Part shown: in pieces, positions 46,654 to 59,409 of the stretch
Layout of the letters: each line of letters opens with the position of its first letter
How positions within the stretch are numbered: the first letter of the stretch is position 1
NCBI GenBank assembly: GCA_964626635.1
Contig: CAZVFY010000004.1
Location: 530 to 64,529, forward strand
DNA: 64,000 nucleotides
Direction: 5' to 3'
From: an uncultured Candidatus Saccharibacteria bacterium
GTDB taxonomy: Bacteria; Patescibacteriota; Minisyncoccia; Phycocordibacterales; UBA918
The notes under the pieces: model-generated
What the model was told of the DNA's origin: nothing
The model's database searches: none
What the model saw: the letters and a program-made list of their open reading frames with translations, nothing else
Program-made: the position numbers and the translations under genes

Positions 46654-47391
46654 ATGGCAAGCAGTTCTTCACACATGGGCCCATCGCTTATCCCAAAACG
46701 GGACAAAAAGCGTCGCCCCAGGTCAAACCGACAAAAACAGTTTTATTTGTTATCACTTGTTGCGTACTCCTGTTTGTTTGGTTCTTTGGCCATTGCTATT
46801 GGAGTCTACGGTTATAATCAGTATCTGACCAACCAGCTAGCTGATAAAACAGCAACGCTCAACCAGTCGAGGGAAAATTTCGACGTCGATACCTTACTGC
46901 AAGTGTACGAACTTGATCAAGCATTAAAATTGACTGAAGGGCGTCTGCGATCAAACGTAGCTTTGGTGCGCATGTTTGATGAGTTAGATCGTGTCACCAC
47001 TGAACCAGTGCAGATCACTTCATTATCATTGGACCGAGATAGTGGCGGTGCTTATACGATGAGCGGCACCATAATCACCAGCTCTTTTGACGCCGCCATT
47101 CAACAACGCGATGTTTACGCACTTCCCGATAACGCCTTTCAAGACACCGGTATCAGCGAAGTCACACTGAATCCATCGGCGCAAGAGTCGGAAAACGCTA
47201 GTACCGTCGAGTTAGCATTTACAATCACGACTCCAATTGAAGATATACGCTATCAGGCCGATGCGCCGTTGCCTGATAGCTTGTCTGGCAACGCTGATCT
47301 TTCAATACTGAACAGTAATGATACAAGGTTCAATGAAGAGTTCGGTGAAGAAGATGATATTTCCACTAGCCTTAATAATCCTGACATATGA
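46654..47391 (+). CDS. PilN-like type IV pilus assembly protein
   Basis: Basic N-terminus, single TM, periplasmic coiled-coil; position after pilM. Confidence 0.55.
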   Translation: MASSSSHMGPSLIPKRDKKRRPRSNRQKQFYLLSLVAYSCLFGSLAIAIGVYGYNQYLTNQLADKTATLNQSRENFDVDTLLQVYELDQALKLTEGRLRSNVALVRMFDELDRVTTEPVQITSLSLDRDSGGAYTMSGTIITSSFDAAIQQRDVYALPDNAFQDTGISEVTLNPSAQESENASTVELAFTITTPIEDIRYQADAPLPDSLSGNADLSILNSNDTRFNEEFGEEDDISTSLNNPDI

Positions 47392-47981
47392 AATCGCTTG
47401 GCCTAGTAGCACAAATCTGTATGGTTGTAATCGCAGTTTTGATTGCGTTTATGTACGTTGAACCAACCTTTGGCGAAATAGTTGCTACTCAGCAACAGAT
47501 TGATGATTATGATAAACGCATTGTCCAAGTTGAGGGCGTCAACACTACGTTGAGCTCATTGCAAAGACGACAAAGCAGTATCGCTAGCGAGGATATTATT
47601 AAACTCCAAACCTATCTGCCGTACGATCGCCCCCGTGATACCGTCTCGGTGTTGCGTGACATCCAGCTGATCGCTGAGCTGGCCGGTTTCCAGACGGGAG
47701 GACTCAGTTACACACCCGCTGACAACGCTACAGACAGCGAAGAATCAACAGCTGAGCACCTAGTGCGGCACACTTTCACCGGTGAGTTCACTGGTACGTA
47801 TAGTCATCTTAAAGAATTGCTGAGACTCCTACCGATAAACGAGTACCCTCTCGAGGTTCGTACCTTAGAGGTCCAACCGCTCGACGGCGGATTTCTGAAT
47901 GTCAGCATAGTGCTCGATACGTTTGCGGCTGATATCAACCCGCAATCAATTGGCATTTCATTACCAGCTGAGGATCAATAG
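47388..47981 (+). CDS. PilO-like type IV pilus assembly protein
   Basis: Single N-terminal TM + coiled coil; 4-nt overlap with previous gene. Confidence 0.5.
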   Translation: MKSLGLVAQICMVVIAVLIAFMYVEPTFGEIVATQQQIDDYDKRIVQVEGVNTTLSSLQRRQSSIASEDIIKLQTYLPYDRPRDTVSVLRDIQLIAELAGFQTGGLSYTPADNATDSEESTAEHLVRHTFTGEFTGTYSHLKELLRLLPINEYPLEVRTLEVQPLDGGFLNVSIVLDTFAADINPQSIGISLPAEDQ

Positions 47982-47984
47982 TGT

Positions 47985-48320
47985 ATGAGCAAAACCTTCA
48001 AAAATCTATTAATAATACTTAGCATCCTGACCGTTGCAGCTGGAGCCTACTACCTTTTCTCTAGTGGGTCAGCACTAACCGCATCAGTTACGCAAAGCCC
48101 CGCGAATCTCAATGCTCAACTGCTATTGGCAGAAGAATTTGTCAACTGGCAACGGGTGTTGGAGCAAATCGATATCGATAGCACGGTCTTGACCGGTGAT
48201 GAATTCCGCAGCTTGCAGGCACTAGTGTCAGATCCAGAACTATTTTCTGTCGGTCGGCCCGATCCCTTTCTGCCGACTGAGTTTGAGCAGGCCAATCCTG
48301 TAACACAGAACGAGCGGTAG
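47985..48320 (+). CDS. small membrane protein (PilP-like position)
   Basis: Single TM, synteny only. Confidence 0.35.
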   Translation: MSKTFKNLLIILSILTVAAGAYYLFSSGSALTASVTQSPANLNAQLLLAEEFVNWQRVLEQIDIDSTVLTGDEFRSLQALVSDPELFSVGRPDPFLPTEFEQANPVTQNER

Positions 48321-48323
48321 TGT

Positions 48324-50156
48324 ATGGATGTATTTAGTGCCCTGAGGGAGGCAAATCTAGTGTCTGCCGATCAGCTGACTGAACTTGAACGTGAGCACGC
48401 TGAAACTGGTAGCAGTCTTGAGTCCCTTTTATCTAGCCGCTCAATTGATGCTGCTACCCTCAGAACCTTTTTTGCCACTTACTATGAGGTCGAATCATAT
48501 GTCCCCGAGTCTGGTATGCGCGTCCCACAAACGTTGTTAGACCTCGTGCCCGAAGAATCAGCCAGACATTACCTCATTGCGCCGATCCGGATGGAGCACG
48601 ATGTACTCATTGTTGGGGTAAATAATCCAGACGATTTACGTATGCGCGAGGCTTTGAATTTTATCAGTTCAAAGCACAACATGCCGTACCACATGGTGTT
48701 TATGCTAGCAGAGGATATTGCCACCCTACATAAACAGTACGAAAACCTTGAAGGTGACGTTGGGGACGCACTACAAACACTAGAAACTGAATTAGATGCC
48801 GAAATTGCTGCCAGCATTGAGGGCGTACCACAGGACGAACGCGATGAAGTGGATCATATTGAAGAGGATGCGCCGGTCACAAAAATTGTGGCAACTATCT
48901 TACGATATGCGGTTGATGGTACTGCGTCTGATATACATATCGAACCAACTGAAAAAAAAATTGGCGTCAGGTTTCGGGTCGACGGCACCCTCGCTACTAG
49001 TTTAGAGCTCCCTAAGAACGTGCACCTAGCAGTAGTGGCACGTGTTAAAATTCTTTCCTCTATGCGCCTTGATGAGCGACGCAAGCCTCAGGACGGTCGG
49101 TTCTCGGCCAAGTTTGATGGTCGGCGAATCGATTTTCGTGTATCTATGTTACCAACGAATCACGGTGAAAAGGTGGTAATGCGTATTTTGGATACCGGTA
49201 AGGGAATCTTGACTCTGGCAGAAAGTGGTATTTCGCCACACAATCTTGATGCCATCAAACGGGTGGTACGAGAACCCTTCGGCATTATTTTGATATCTGG
49301 TCCGACTGGTTCAGGTAAATCAACCACGCTACGGGGAATGGTTGGTGAGGTTGATACGCTCAAAGATAACGTCATGTCGCTTGAAGATCCAATCGAATAC
49401 AATCTTGATGGAGTGAGTCAATCCCAGGTCCGGCCTGAAATTGGCTATACGTTTGCGACTGGATTGCGCGCTGCCTTACGGCAAGACCCAGACATTATCA
49501 TGGTGGGAGAGATTCGTGATAAAGAAACCGCTCAGTTGGCAATCCAAGCAGCGCTCACCGGTCACTTGGTTCTCTCAACCATTCACACCAATAACGCGAT
49601 TGGGGTCATTCCGCGATTAATTGATATGGGGATTGACCCGTATCTTATTGCTCCAACCTTGAAAATGGCAATTGCGCAAAGGCTTTCGCGTACACTGTGT
49701 GCAGATACGGGTCGCGAGGAACCACTTAATGGGTCTACTATAAAAATGTTAGCGAACGTACGGGAAACGCTGCCGGAACAGTACCACCACCGCATTCCCT
49801 CAGGTGATACCATGTTGCATCCAGATCCGACGCCAACCTGTGCCACTGGGTATCGAGGCCGAACCGCTGTAACTGAGGTGTTGGAAATTACAGATGAGAT
49901 CCAGGATCTGATCCTCAAGAATGCGTCAGAAGACAAAATCTACGCTGCCGCACGCAAGAACGGCTTTATCACAGTTCATGAAGACGCGTTAATAAAAGGT
50001 TTGCAACACACTATCCCGTACGAGGAAGTGATGAGCTTTAGTTCACAAATTGGGATTGATGAAGCACCGCCCGAGACAACCGAGAATGTCGATAACCAAA
50101 TCGAGCCTGGTCTGGAGCAGGCTATAATAGAAACTAATGAAAGTTCTATTAGTTGA
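48324..50156 (+). CDS. pilB: type IV pilus assembly ATPase PilB (GspE family)
   Basis: T2SSE N-domain, Walker A GPTGSGKSTT, Asp/His boxes, tetracysteine-like motif region. Confidence 0.85.
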   Translation: MDVFSALREANLVSADQLTELEREHAETGSSLESLLSSRSIDAATLRTFFATYYEVESYVPESGMRVPQTLLDLVPEESARHYLIAPIRMEHDVLIVGVNNPDDLRMREALNFISSKHNMPYHMVFMLAEDIATLHKQYENLEGDVGDALQTLETELDAEIAASIEGVPQDERDEVDHIEEDAPVTKIVATILRYAVDGTASDIHIEPTEKKIGVRFRVDGTLATSLELPKNVHLAVVARVKILSSMRLDERRKPQDGRFSAKFDGRRIDFRVSMLPTNHGEKVVMRILDTGKGILTLAESGISPHNLDAIKRVVREPFGIILISGPTGSGKSTTLRGMVGEVDTLKDNVMSLEDPIEYNLDGVSQSQVRPEIGYTFATGLRAALRQDPDIIMVGEIRDKETAQLAIQAALTGHLVLSTIHTNNAIGVIPRLIDMGIDPYLIAPTLKMAIAQRLSRTLCADTGREEPLNGSTIKMLANVRETLPEQYHHRIPSGDTMLHPDPTPTCATGYRGRTAVTEVLEITDEIQDLILKNASEDKIYAAARKNGFITVHEDALIKGLQHTIPYEEVMSFSSQIGIDEAPPETTENVDNQIEPGLEQAIIETNESSIS

Positions 50157-50511
50157 TGATGACGCGTTACTAAGCGATATGTACGCTACTAAATTGGGTG
50201 CGTCTGGTCACGAGGTGACCGTTGCTCTGACCGCAGAGCAGGCTGTGCAACAGCTACAGCAATCGGGCTCGGATTTTGCTGTTGCGCTACTTGATATGGT
50301 TATGCCTGGTACTAGTGGCGTAGCATTAATCGAATTGATTACGGCTCTGCCCGACCCACCAGCAGTTGTGATTCTTACTAATCAATCTGAATCAAACGAG
50401 AAAACTGCCGCGCTCTCGGCTGGAGCAGTCGACTATATTATTAAAGCCGAGACTACGCCTGCCGAAGTTGTCTCGGCGGTCGAGGCGGTGGTAAACACAC
50501 CAGCTAGTTAA
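50137..50511 (+). CDS. single-domain response regulator (CheY/PilH-like receiver)
   Basis: MKVLLVDDD…LLDMVMPGTSG…; receiver Asp pocket; no output domain; overlaps pilB by 20 nt. Confidence 0.7.
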   Translation: MKVLLVDDDALLSDMYATKLGASGHEVTVALTAEQAVQQLQQSGSDFAVALLDMVMPGTSGVALIELITALPDPPAVVILTNQSESNEKTAALSAGAVDYIIKAETTPAEVVSAVEAVVNTPAS

Positions 50512-50520
50512 CTTTTTATT

Positions 50521-51591
50521 ATGGCCACCGCAAACTACCAAAAAGAACTTGACCTCATTATTGACCAAATTATTGCTGAGAAAGCGTCTGATCTGCACCT
50601 ATCAATTGGGGTACATCCGTTAATTCGCATGTCCGGCAGTTTGATTCCATTATTAAAAAAACCAGTGCTGAACGCCACAGACCTTAATGCGTTTGTGCGT
50701 ATTCTCTTACGACCCGATCAATTAGAGCGCTATCTACAATTTGAGGAGGTAGACTTTTCATACCAAACTGTTGAAGGCGTACGCTTTCGAGGCAATGCCT
50801 TCCATCAGCGTGGCAGCATGGGGGTAGTGTTGCGAATAATTCCCAACGAGATTCCCGTTCTTAGTTCCTTGCGCTTACCACCAATTCTTGAGACTTTTGC
50901 TGATCGAAACCAAGGTTTCTTTTTATGTGTGGGGCCGGTAGGTCAAGGGAAGTCAACTACGCTGGCATCCATGATCAGTCACATCAACCGAACTCGACCA
51001 AACCACATTGTTACAATTGAAGATCCGATAGAATACGTGTACGACGACGAGCGATCTTTGATTGATCAAAGAGAGGTGGGGATAGACACCAAGGACTTTC
51101 ACACGGCTCTGAATGCAGCCTTCCGGCAGGATGTTGATGTCATTCTAGTCGGTGAGATGCGTAACCGTGAGACGATCGAGGCGGCGGTGACCGCCGCCGA
51201 AACTGGTCACCTCGTGTTCTCGACGCTCCATACCAACACCGCCGCGCAGACCATCAGTCGTATCGTAGACTCGTTCCCAGGCAATCAGCAAGATCAGATT
51301 CGAGTGCAGCTCGCAGGATCACTAATCGGTATATTCTCTCAACGCTTAGTGCCTAGCATTGATGGAGGGCTCGTACCGGCGTACGAGCTCTTGGTCAACA
51401 ATACTGCCGTCAGCAACCTCATTCGCGAGAACCGCATTCACGAGATTCCTTCAGTGATCGAGACTGGCCTCGAACAGGGTATGATTGACATGAATCGATC
51501 CTTGGCGCGACTCGTGCAAGAGGGGGTGATTACGGTTGAAAGTGCCTTTACTTATTCACAAAATCCTAAGGGCTTAGAGCGCCTGATGTAG
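50521..51591 (+). CDS. pilT: twitching motility ATPase PilT
   Basis: Walker A GPVGQGKSTT, Walker B, His box; ~356 aa. Confidence 0.85.
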   Translation: MATANYQKELDLIIDQIIAEKASDLHLSIGVHPLIRMSGSLIPLLKKPVLNATDLNAFVRILLRPDQLERYLQFEEVDFSYQTVEGVRFRGNAFHQRGSMGVVLRIIPNEIPVLSSLRLPPILETFADRNQGFFLCVGPVGQGKSTTLASMISHINRTRPNHIVTIEDPIEYVYDDERSLIDQREVGIDTKDFHTALNAAFRQDVDVILVGEMRNRETIEAAVTAAETGHLVFSTLHTNTAAQTISRIVDSFPGNQQDQIRVQLAGSLIGIFSQRLVPSIDGGLVPAYELLVNNTAVSNLIRENRIHEIPSVIETGLEQGMIDMNRSLARLVQEGVITVESAFTYSQNPKGLERLM

Positions 51592-51594
51592 CTT

Positions 51595-52803
51595 ATGTTA
51601 TTTGAATACAAAGCAATTGATCAAGCTAATGTGCAGCGCGAAGGCACCGTTGAGGCGGCGTCCGTTGACGCAGCTATCTCTGCCGTCCAAAAGCGCGGCT
51701 ATACGTTGTTATCAATTGACGAAGTTATTGCAGGCCAAAACCTCTTGAACATAGAGATTGGGTTTCTTAACCGGGTGTCCTACAAGGATGTTGTGATTCT
51801 GTCCCGCCAGATTTCTACTTTGTTCCAGGCCCAGGTGTCGCCGTTGCGAATTTTTAGGCTGCTGTCAGCTGAGATTGAGAACACAAAACTCAAGCTCACC
51901 ATGAACGAAATTGTTGAAGACCTCCAGGGCGGTAGCCCAATCTCGCGCGCGCTCGCCAACCACCCTAGTATCTTTTCATCATTTTATGTGAACCTCGTAC
52001 GTGCTGGTGAGGAATCTGGCTCGCTCGATAAATCATTTGATTACCTGGCGGACTATCTCGACCGCCAGTACGAAATCCAATCAAAGGCACGTAGCGCGCT
52101 GATTTATCCAGCGTTCGTGATCTTTATTTTTGTGGTGGTGATGGTATTGATGATGACGACCGTCATCCCTAATATTGCCGCTATCCTGACAGACTCAGGT
52201 CAAGAACTACCAATCTACACCAAGGTCGTCATCGGCATTTCTGATTTCCTGGTGGCGTATCTGTGGCTGATCATCATTGCGCTCGCGGGGGCAACAATCG
52301 GTGTATGGAAATTTTCACAAACAGCAGCTGGTAAACACTTCCTCGATGAGTTGTGGCTGTCGACACCAGTCCTCGGCAATTTGATCAGCAAAATCATGCT
52401 GACGCGTATTTGTGACAACCTCTCGACCATGCTCAGCAGCGGGATCACCATCGTGCAAGCCCTAGAAGTAACCGCTGACGTGGTCGACAACGCCGTGTTC
52501 CGCGACATCCTCGAGACATCGCTGGTCGAGGTTAAGGGCGGGCGATCGTTTGCTGACGCTTTGTCAGTGCATCCAGAGATCCCCGGCGTATTGGCGCAGA
52601 TGGTCAAGGTCGGGGAAGAAACGGGTAGCATGTCCAATATTCTGGAAACCCTGTCGCATTTCTATCGTCGCGAGGTCAACAATGCGGTCGATACGATGAT
52701 CGGGCTGATCGAGCCGGCTATGATCGTGATGCTCGGCCTCGGCGTCGGGGTACTCCTCGCGTCGGTGCTGATGCCAATCTACAATTTGACGTCTGGGTTC
52801 TAA
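51595..52803 (+). CDS. pilC: type IV pilus platform protein PilC (GspF family)
   Basis: Duplicated T2SSF domains with 3 TM helices. Confidence 0.85.
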   Translation: MLFEYKAIDQANVQREGTVEAASVDAAISAVQKRGYTLLSIDEVIAGQNLLNIEIGFLNRVSYKDVVILSRQISTLFQAQVSPLRIFRLLSAEIENTKLKLTMNEIVEDLQGGSPISRALANHPSIFSSFYVNLVRAGEESGSLDKSFDYLADYLDRQYEIQSKARSALIYPAFVIFIFVVVMVLMMTTVIPNIAAILTDSGQELPIYTKVVIGISDFLVAYLWLIIIALAGATIGVWKFSQTAAGKHFLDELWLSTPVLGNLISKIMLTRICDNLSTMLSSGITIVQALEVTADVVDNAVFRDILETSLVEVKGGRSFADALSVHPEIPGVLAQMVKVGEETGSMSNILETLSHFYRREVNNAVDTMIGLIEPAMIVMLGLGVGVLLASVLMPIYNLTSGF

Positions 52804-52977
52804 ACGATCTTGTCCACACACCCTCACCCAAATCACAATTGCGCTCCCTCAGCGTTTTATAATGAAAGCACGTTCCTTTAGTAGTAGCTCGATACGGTAC
52901 AACGTAGCGCGACACTCCGGAACCGTTTGCGGTGTGCAGCTGACACCGGAAGCTAATTACACACATAATAATTTATT

Positions 52978-53457
52978 ATGAAAAAACTTATGACACGAGG
53001 TTTTACGCTCATCGAGCTCCTCGTTGTAATCGCGATTATTGGTATCCTCGCAGCCGTTGTCCTTGGGTCACTCAGTGACGCCCGTCAAGGTGGGCAAGAT
53101 GCCTCAATTAAGCAGACTATGGCTAGTCTACGGTCACAAGCTGAAATATTCTACAATGGTACAGGTGGATTTAGTTACTCTGGTGTATGTGCAGATGCAG
53201 ACATTGCATCTTCAATCACTGGTGCTCTCAATGTCGTTAATGGCGACCCTTATGTTGCGGCTAATGACACTAACACTTTGGCAACAAATAGCGCAACGAC
53301 TGACACTGATAAAAAGGCAATGTGTAACGCTAACTCAACCGCGTACCAAATTACTGTGCCGCTTGCAGATGGTTCAGCATTTTGGTGTGTAGACTCAAAT
53401 GGTCGAGCGCTTGAGGTTGCGACCTCACCAGCAGTCGGCGATGTCGCGTGTAGTTAA
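52978..53457 (+). CDS. pilA: type IV major pilin
   Basis: Prepilin leader MKKLMTRG|FTLIELLVVIAIIGILAA; C-terminal Cys pair. Confidence 0.8.
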   Translation: MKKLMTRGFTLIELLVVIAIIGILAAVVLGSLSDARQGGQDASIKQTMASLRSQAEIFYNGTGGFSYSGVCADADIASSITGALNVVNGDPYVAANDTNTLATNSATTDTDKKAMCNANSTAYQITVPLADGSAFWCVDSNGRALEVATSPAVGDVACS

Positions 53458-53499
53458 AATTAACAACGCTATAGAAAAACCGCCTCGGCGGTTTTTTGT

Positions 53500-54438
53500 T
53501 TGTTATACTTTCTGTACTGCATGCCGGACTCTTTCCTCGCCATCCTTACTGCCACCACGCTCATCTCGGGCTGGGTGTGGATCATTGTACTGGCAATTTT
53601 TGGGGCGATTATTGGCAGTTTCCTTAATGTGGTCATCTACCGCTTTCATACCGGACGGTCATTGTCCGGCCGGTCGCACTGTATGTCGTGCGGACGGGGG
53701 CTGGTGTGGTACGAGCTATTTCCAGTCGCGTCATACGTAGTGCTGCGTGGGCGCTGTCGGACGTGTTCGTCGTACGTACCTAGTCGCTACGCGCTGGTCG
53801 AGGGACTGACAGCGGGGCTGTTTGTGCTGGCGGGGCTGACGGCTGACAGTGCTGTCGAGCTGCTGTGGCTGGTCGCGCTACTATCAGTACTGGTAGTGCT
53901 ATCGGTGTACGACTACTACCACTTGATCATTCCAGATAGATTGACGGTCTATGTGTCGGTGCTGATCGGCGGCTGGTGGGTGTACCTGGTGTATGTGGGC
54001 GAGCGGACGGCAGTTGATGCACTCACGGCGCTTGCGCTCGCGTTTGCGGCAGCCATTTTCTTTTTCTTATTGTGGCTCGGGACGCGCGGGCGAGCGCTCG
54101 GGTTCGGGGATGTCAAATTAGCTCTACCGCTAGGGTTGTTGGCGACGGCTGGCACCGCCTCTGTCGCCGGTGCGACTAGTGCAGGCGTGGGCGCAGGCAG
54201 CATGGCGGCCGCGGCGTTTTCGTTCGTCGCGTTATCGTTCTGGGTGGGGGCGATCATCAGTCTGTCATATCTGGCGATCAGCGCGCTCAGGGCGCATAAA
54301 CGGGGACAACCTCACCTGCCTGGGCAGCCACGGCTTACAATGAAAAGTGCCGTACCCTTTGGGCCATTTATGGTGATCGGGGCGCTTCTGGTGTATGTCT
54401 TTCATGTTAATGTGTTACAGCTATTTAGTTTTATGTAA
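53500..54438 (+). CDS. pilD: prepilin peptidase PilD (A24 family)
   Basis: Zinc-binding CMSC…CRTC pair, multiple TM helices, GDVKL. Confidence 0.8.
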   Translation: MLYFLYCMPDSFLAILTATTLISGWVWIIVLAIFGAIIGSFLNVVIYRFHTGRSLSGRSHCMSCGRGLVWYELFPVASYVVLRGRCRTCSSYVPSRYALVEGLTAGLFVLAGLTADSAVELLWLVALLSVLVVLSVYDYYHLIIPDRLTVYVSVLIGGWWVYLVYVGERTAVDALTALALAFAAAIFFFLLWLGTRGRALGFGDVKLALPLGLLATAGTASVAGATSAGVGAGSMAAAAFSFVALSFWVGAIISLSYLAISALRAHKRGQPHLPGQPRLTMKSAVPFGPFMVIGALLVYVFHVNVLQLFSFM

Positions 54439-55099
54439 TCGTACAAACGAGGCGCATGATGGCGTGGAGCGTCGGTCCGGCTGGTCTCGAGTCTCAAGTC
54501 AACGTGGGTTTTCGTTGGTTGAATTGATTGTTAGCATTGGAATCGTAGTGTTAGTCCTGTCGATTGTGGTGGTGCAGCAGCAGTCGTTTAATAGCGCCGT
54601 GATTCTGCGTAGCCAAGCCTACGAAATCGCCCTCGATATTAGGCAGACCCAATTAGCAGCAATTAGTGCGCTCAATACTGATACCGGCGGCACGGCGTCA
54701 TTCCGGACTAATCTCGGCATTGAATTCAGTGATATTGCAGGTGGGAATGCGAATCAGCAGTACACTATTTTTGTGGATGAGAATGACGACGGGATGCGTA
54801 GCTTGGCTGATACTATCCTCACGCGTGGACTGATTGATACACGCTTCGCAGTGCTTAATTTTGTTCAGTCCGACGGTACTGCCGTGTCTGGCTCTCCAAA
54901 TAATAACCTGGCAATTTCATTTGAACGACCCAATTATGATGCAATTTTCACCCTTGACGGCACGACCCTTACGCCAAGTTCCGGGGGGGTCAAAATCAGG
55001 GTTGGTCCCATCGGAGCCGCTGCTAGCGATCCTTGTCCCACCGTACGCGAAATAGAAATTACCACCACTGGCCAGATTGGGGTGGTAGAATGTCCTTAG
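54395..55099 (+). CDS. minor pilin / pseudopilin (true start probably internal GTG ~54465)
   Basis: …QRG|FSLVELIVSIGIVVLVL prepilin N-terminus. Confidence 0.6.
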   Translation: MSFMLMCYSYLVLCNRTNEAHDGVERRSGWSRVSSQRGFSLVELIVSIGIVVLVLSIVVVQQQSFNSAVILRSQAYEIALDIRQTQLAAISALNTDTGGTASFRTNLGIEFSDIAGGNANQQYTIFVDENDDGMRSLADTILTRGLIDTRFAVLNFVQSDGTAVSGSPNNNLAISFERPNYDAIFTLDGTTLTPSSGGVKIRVGPIGAAASDPCPTVREIEITTTGQIGVVECP

Positions 55100-55100
55100 T

Positions 55101-55811
55101 ATGCAGCAATTTCAACACAAATCGTCAGTTACAGACCAGCCCAATGAACCGGGTGGGTTCACGTTGATCGAGATCATTGTGTCATTGACACTGTTTACTG
55201 TAGTAATCACTATTTCAGTTGGATCACTCCTCATGCTCATTAGTGCCAATAAACAAATCCAAGGTGAACAAGTAATTCTCGATAATATTGCTTTTGCGAT
55301 GGACACAATGACACGCGAGATCAGAACGGGAACAAACTACTACTGCGCGAAAGATCAAAATAGTATTGCAGAAACTTCATTGCCAGACAGAATGTTTGAT
55401 GGAGCAGGCAACGATGATCATGAATCTATTGGTATGAACACTGAAGATTGTGAGGCTGGTCGTAACGGATTTAATTACACCGGTATAAGTTTTATTGAAG
55501 GTGGAAATAGTATTACCGGTACCGCCAGTAACCGTATTGCATACTATTTTAAAATTGACAGCTTAAATCCTGAGAACCAAACTATTTATCGTAGAGTCGG
55601 CAATGGTCCAGAACAAAAGTTAATCTCGACGAGCGACGTATTAGTGCAAAGCGCTTCTTTCTTTGTAACGGGGACAGACACAGTTGCGAGCGCGAACGAA
55701 ACCACTCAGCCAACTGTTACAATTCAAATTGAGGCCGTAGACGCCAATGCGGTCAATCCTAAAACTCACTTTCTCTCTACTACTGTCACCCAGCGCACTC
55801 TCGATATATGA
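55101..55811 (+). CDS. minor pilin
   Basis: …GG|FTLIEIIVSLTLFTVVITI. Confidence 0.65.
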   Translation: MQQFQHKSSVTDQPNEPGGFTLIEIIVSLTLFTVVITISVGSLLMLISANKQIQGEQVILDNIAFAMDTMTREIRTGTNYYCAKDQNSIAETSLPDRMFDGAGNDDHESIGMNTEDCEAGRNGFNYTGISFIEGGNSITGTASNRIAYYFKIDSLNPENQTIYRRVGNGPEQKLISTSDVLVQSASFFVTGTDTVASANETTQPTVTIQIEAVDANAVNPKTHFLSTTVTQRTLDI

Positions 55812-56407
55812 TTCATTACAAACAACTATTTGGTTTTAGTTTGGTCGAGACGCTGGTGGCAATTTCGCTCTTGTTGATCGTGATTACAGGACCCCTATCA
55901 ATCGCGTCGCAATCTGCACAAAGTACCAATTATGCTAATGAAGAGATTGTGGCGTACTTTCTTGCTCAGGAGGGGGCCGAACTGGCACAAAAGGCGCGAG
56001 ATGATTTATTGTTGCCGTATTTTACCGGGTCGTCGGTTGGGACTGAGTGGACGCAATTCCTGGACGGTGGTACATATGATATTTGCTATAATTCTGCTGG
56101 CTGTGGCTTAGAAATTGAACCAAGTGTTGCTGGCAACGCCGAATTAGTTATTACCGACTGCAGTGTAACAGGCGCTTGCCGACTGTATATTAATGCCACT
56201 GCCGAAGATCGAGCTCGCTATACGCACACCACTGGCTCGTCTACACCCTATACCCGCACTATTACGCTTGCTGGTCAGGATGAGGATGGTGATGGTGATG
56301 ATGACTCGGTTCGAGTCCAGTCGTCCGTTACGTGGCGCACCGGCGAACAGATCCGTGAGCAGTCGACTACTGTTACTACCTATTTATTCAATACTTATGT
56401 TCGCTAA
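55808..56407 (+). CDS. minor pilin
   Basis: …FG|FSLVETLVAISLLLIVITG. Confidence 0.6.
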   Translation: MIHYKQLFGFSLVETLVAISLLLIVITGPLSIASQSAQSTNYANEEIVAYFLAQEGAELAQKARDDLLLPYFTGSSVGTEWTQFLDGGTYDICYNSAGCGLEIEPSVAGNAELVITDCSVTGACRLYINATAEDRARYTHTTGSSTPYTRTITLAGQDEDGDGDDDSVRVQSSVTWRTGEQIREQSTTVTTYLFNTYVR

Positions 56408-56984
56408 GTACGCACCACAATCTGGTTTTGCATTGCTCGTGTCTTTAGTAGTTGTGGGGGTGGTGTTGTCGGTCGGTATGGTATTGCTCGACCTCACTAT
56501 CAAACAAGTCGAGCTAGCAACCACTACTCGTAACTCTGAAATCGCTTTTCATGCAGCGAACGCTGGGATGGAATGCGCGCAGTATGTACGCCGCGCAAAC
56601 CCAACATTAAATTCGACAATACCCGGTTCAATCACACCAGAATGTTTCGGTGCATCAGCCCTCGCAAACACCCGAACAGAGAATGCGGCGCTTGATATCT
56701 ACGAGTACGATTACCAGTTTACGTGGGGTTCATCTGGTAGCGAACGTTGCTCTTTGATACGAATGGTGGTAGCGAATCCTGAGGTTTCTGATATTGATGT
56801 GAATGACATCTTGATTAGCAACGCATCATTTCAAACTGTGATCCCTGGGTATCCTGACGGGCAAGCGTTTGAATGTAGTGAAGGTTCACAGTGCACCACT
56901 ATTTCAGTTAAGGGGTACAATCGACCGTGCCCCCAAATAAATAATTTTGGTGTCGTAGAACGAGAGGTTCTGCTAGAATTCTAG
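56397..56984 (+). CDS. pilin-like protein
   Basis: …SG|FALLVSLVVVGVVLSV; start trimmed from ORF-track 56193 to Met at 56397. Confidence 0.5.
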   Translation: MFAKYAPQSGFALLVSLVVVGVVLSVGMVLLDLTIKQVELATTTRNSEIAFHAANAGMECAQYVRRANPTLNSTIPGSITPECFGASALANTRTENAALDIYEYDYQFTWGSSGSERCSLIRMVVANPEVSDIDVNDILISNASFQTVIPGYPDGQAFECSEGSQCTTISVKGYNRPCPQINNFGVVEREVLLEF

Positions 56985-59024
<2,040 letters not shown>

Positions 59025-59088
59025 GGCACCATCTGTAATATTGTGTGGGTAATGGTGAGCTAACTAAAATCGTGCTACGCTAGACGGC

Positions 59089-59400
59089 ATGAATAAAGAA
59101 GAGTTAGTACACCTCGGCGAACTAGCGCGCATCCGCCTAGACGACCGTGAACTAAGCGCCCTTGAACAAGAACTGTCCGCCATTGTAGATTATGTGGGCC
59201 AAGTGAACGCAGTGGTGAGCACCGCCGACACGACTGCGCCAAGCGAACCAACTGTCGGTGCGCTATACAACGTACTTCGCCCCGACGTTGTCACCAACGA
59301 ACCAGGTGAATACACTGAGACGTTATTGCGGGAAATGCCGCGGACTGATGGCCAGTTTATGAAAGTTCCCAAAATTATTGATACCAATAAAGACAGTTAA
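59089..59400 (+). CDS. gatC: Asp/Glu-tRNA amidotransferase subunit C
   Basis: MNKEELVHLGELARIRLDDRELSALEQELSAIVDYV… typical GatC. Confidence 0.8.
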   Translation: MNKEELVHLGELARIRLDDRELSALEQELSAIVDYVGQVNAVVSTADTTAPSEPTVGALYNVLRPDVVTNEPGEYTETLLREMPRTDGQFMKVPKIIDTNKDS

Positions 59401-59409
59401 CGTACCCGT

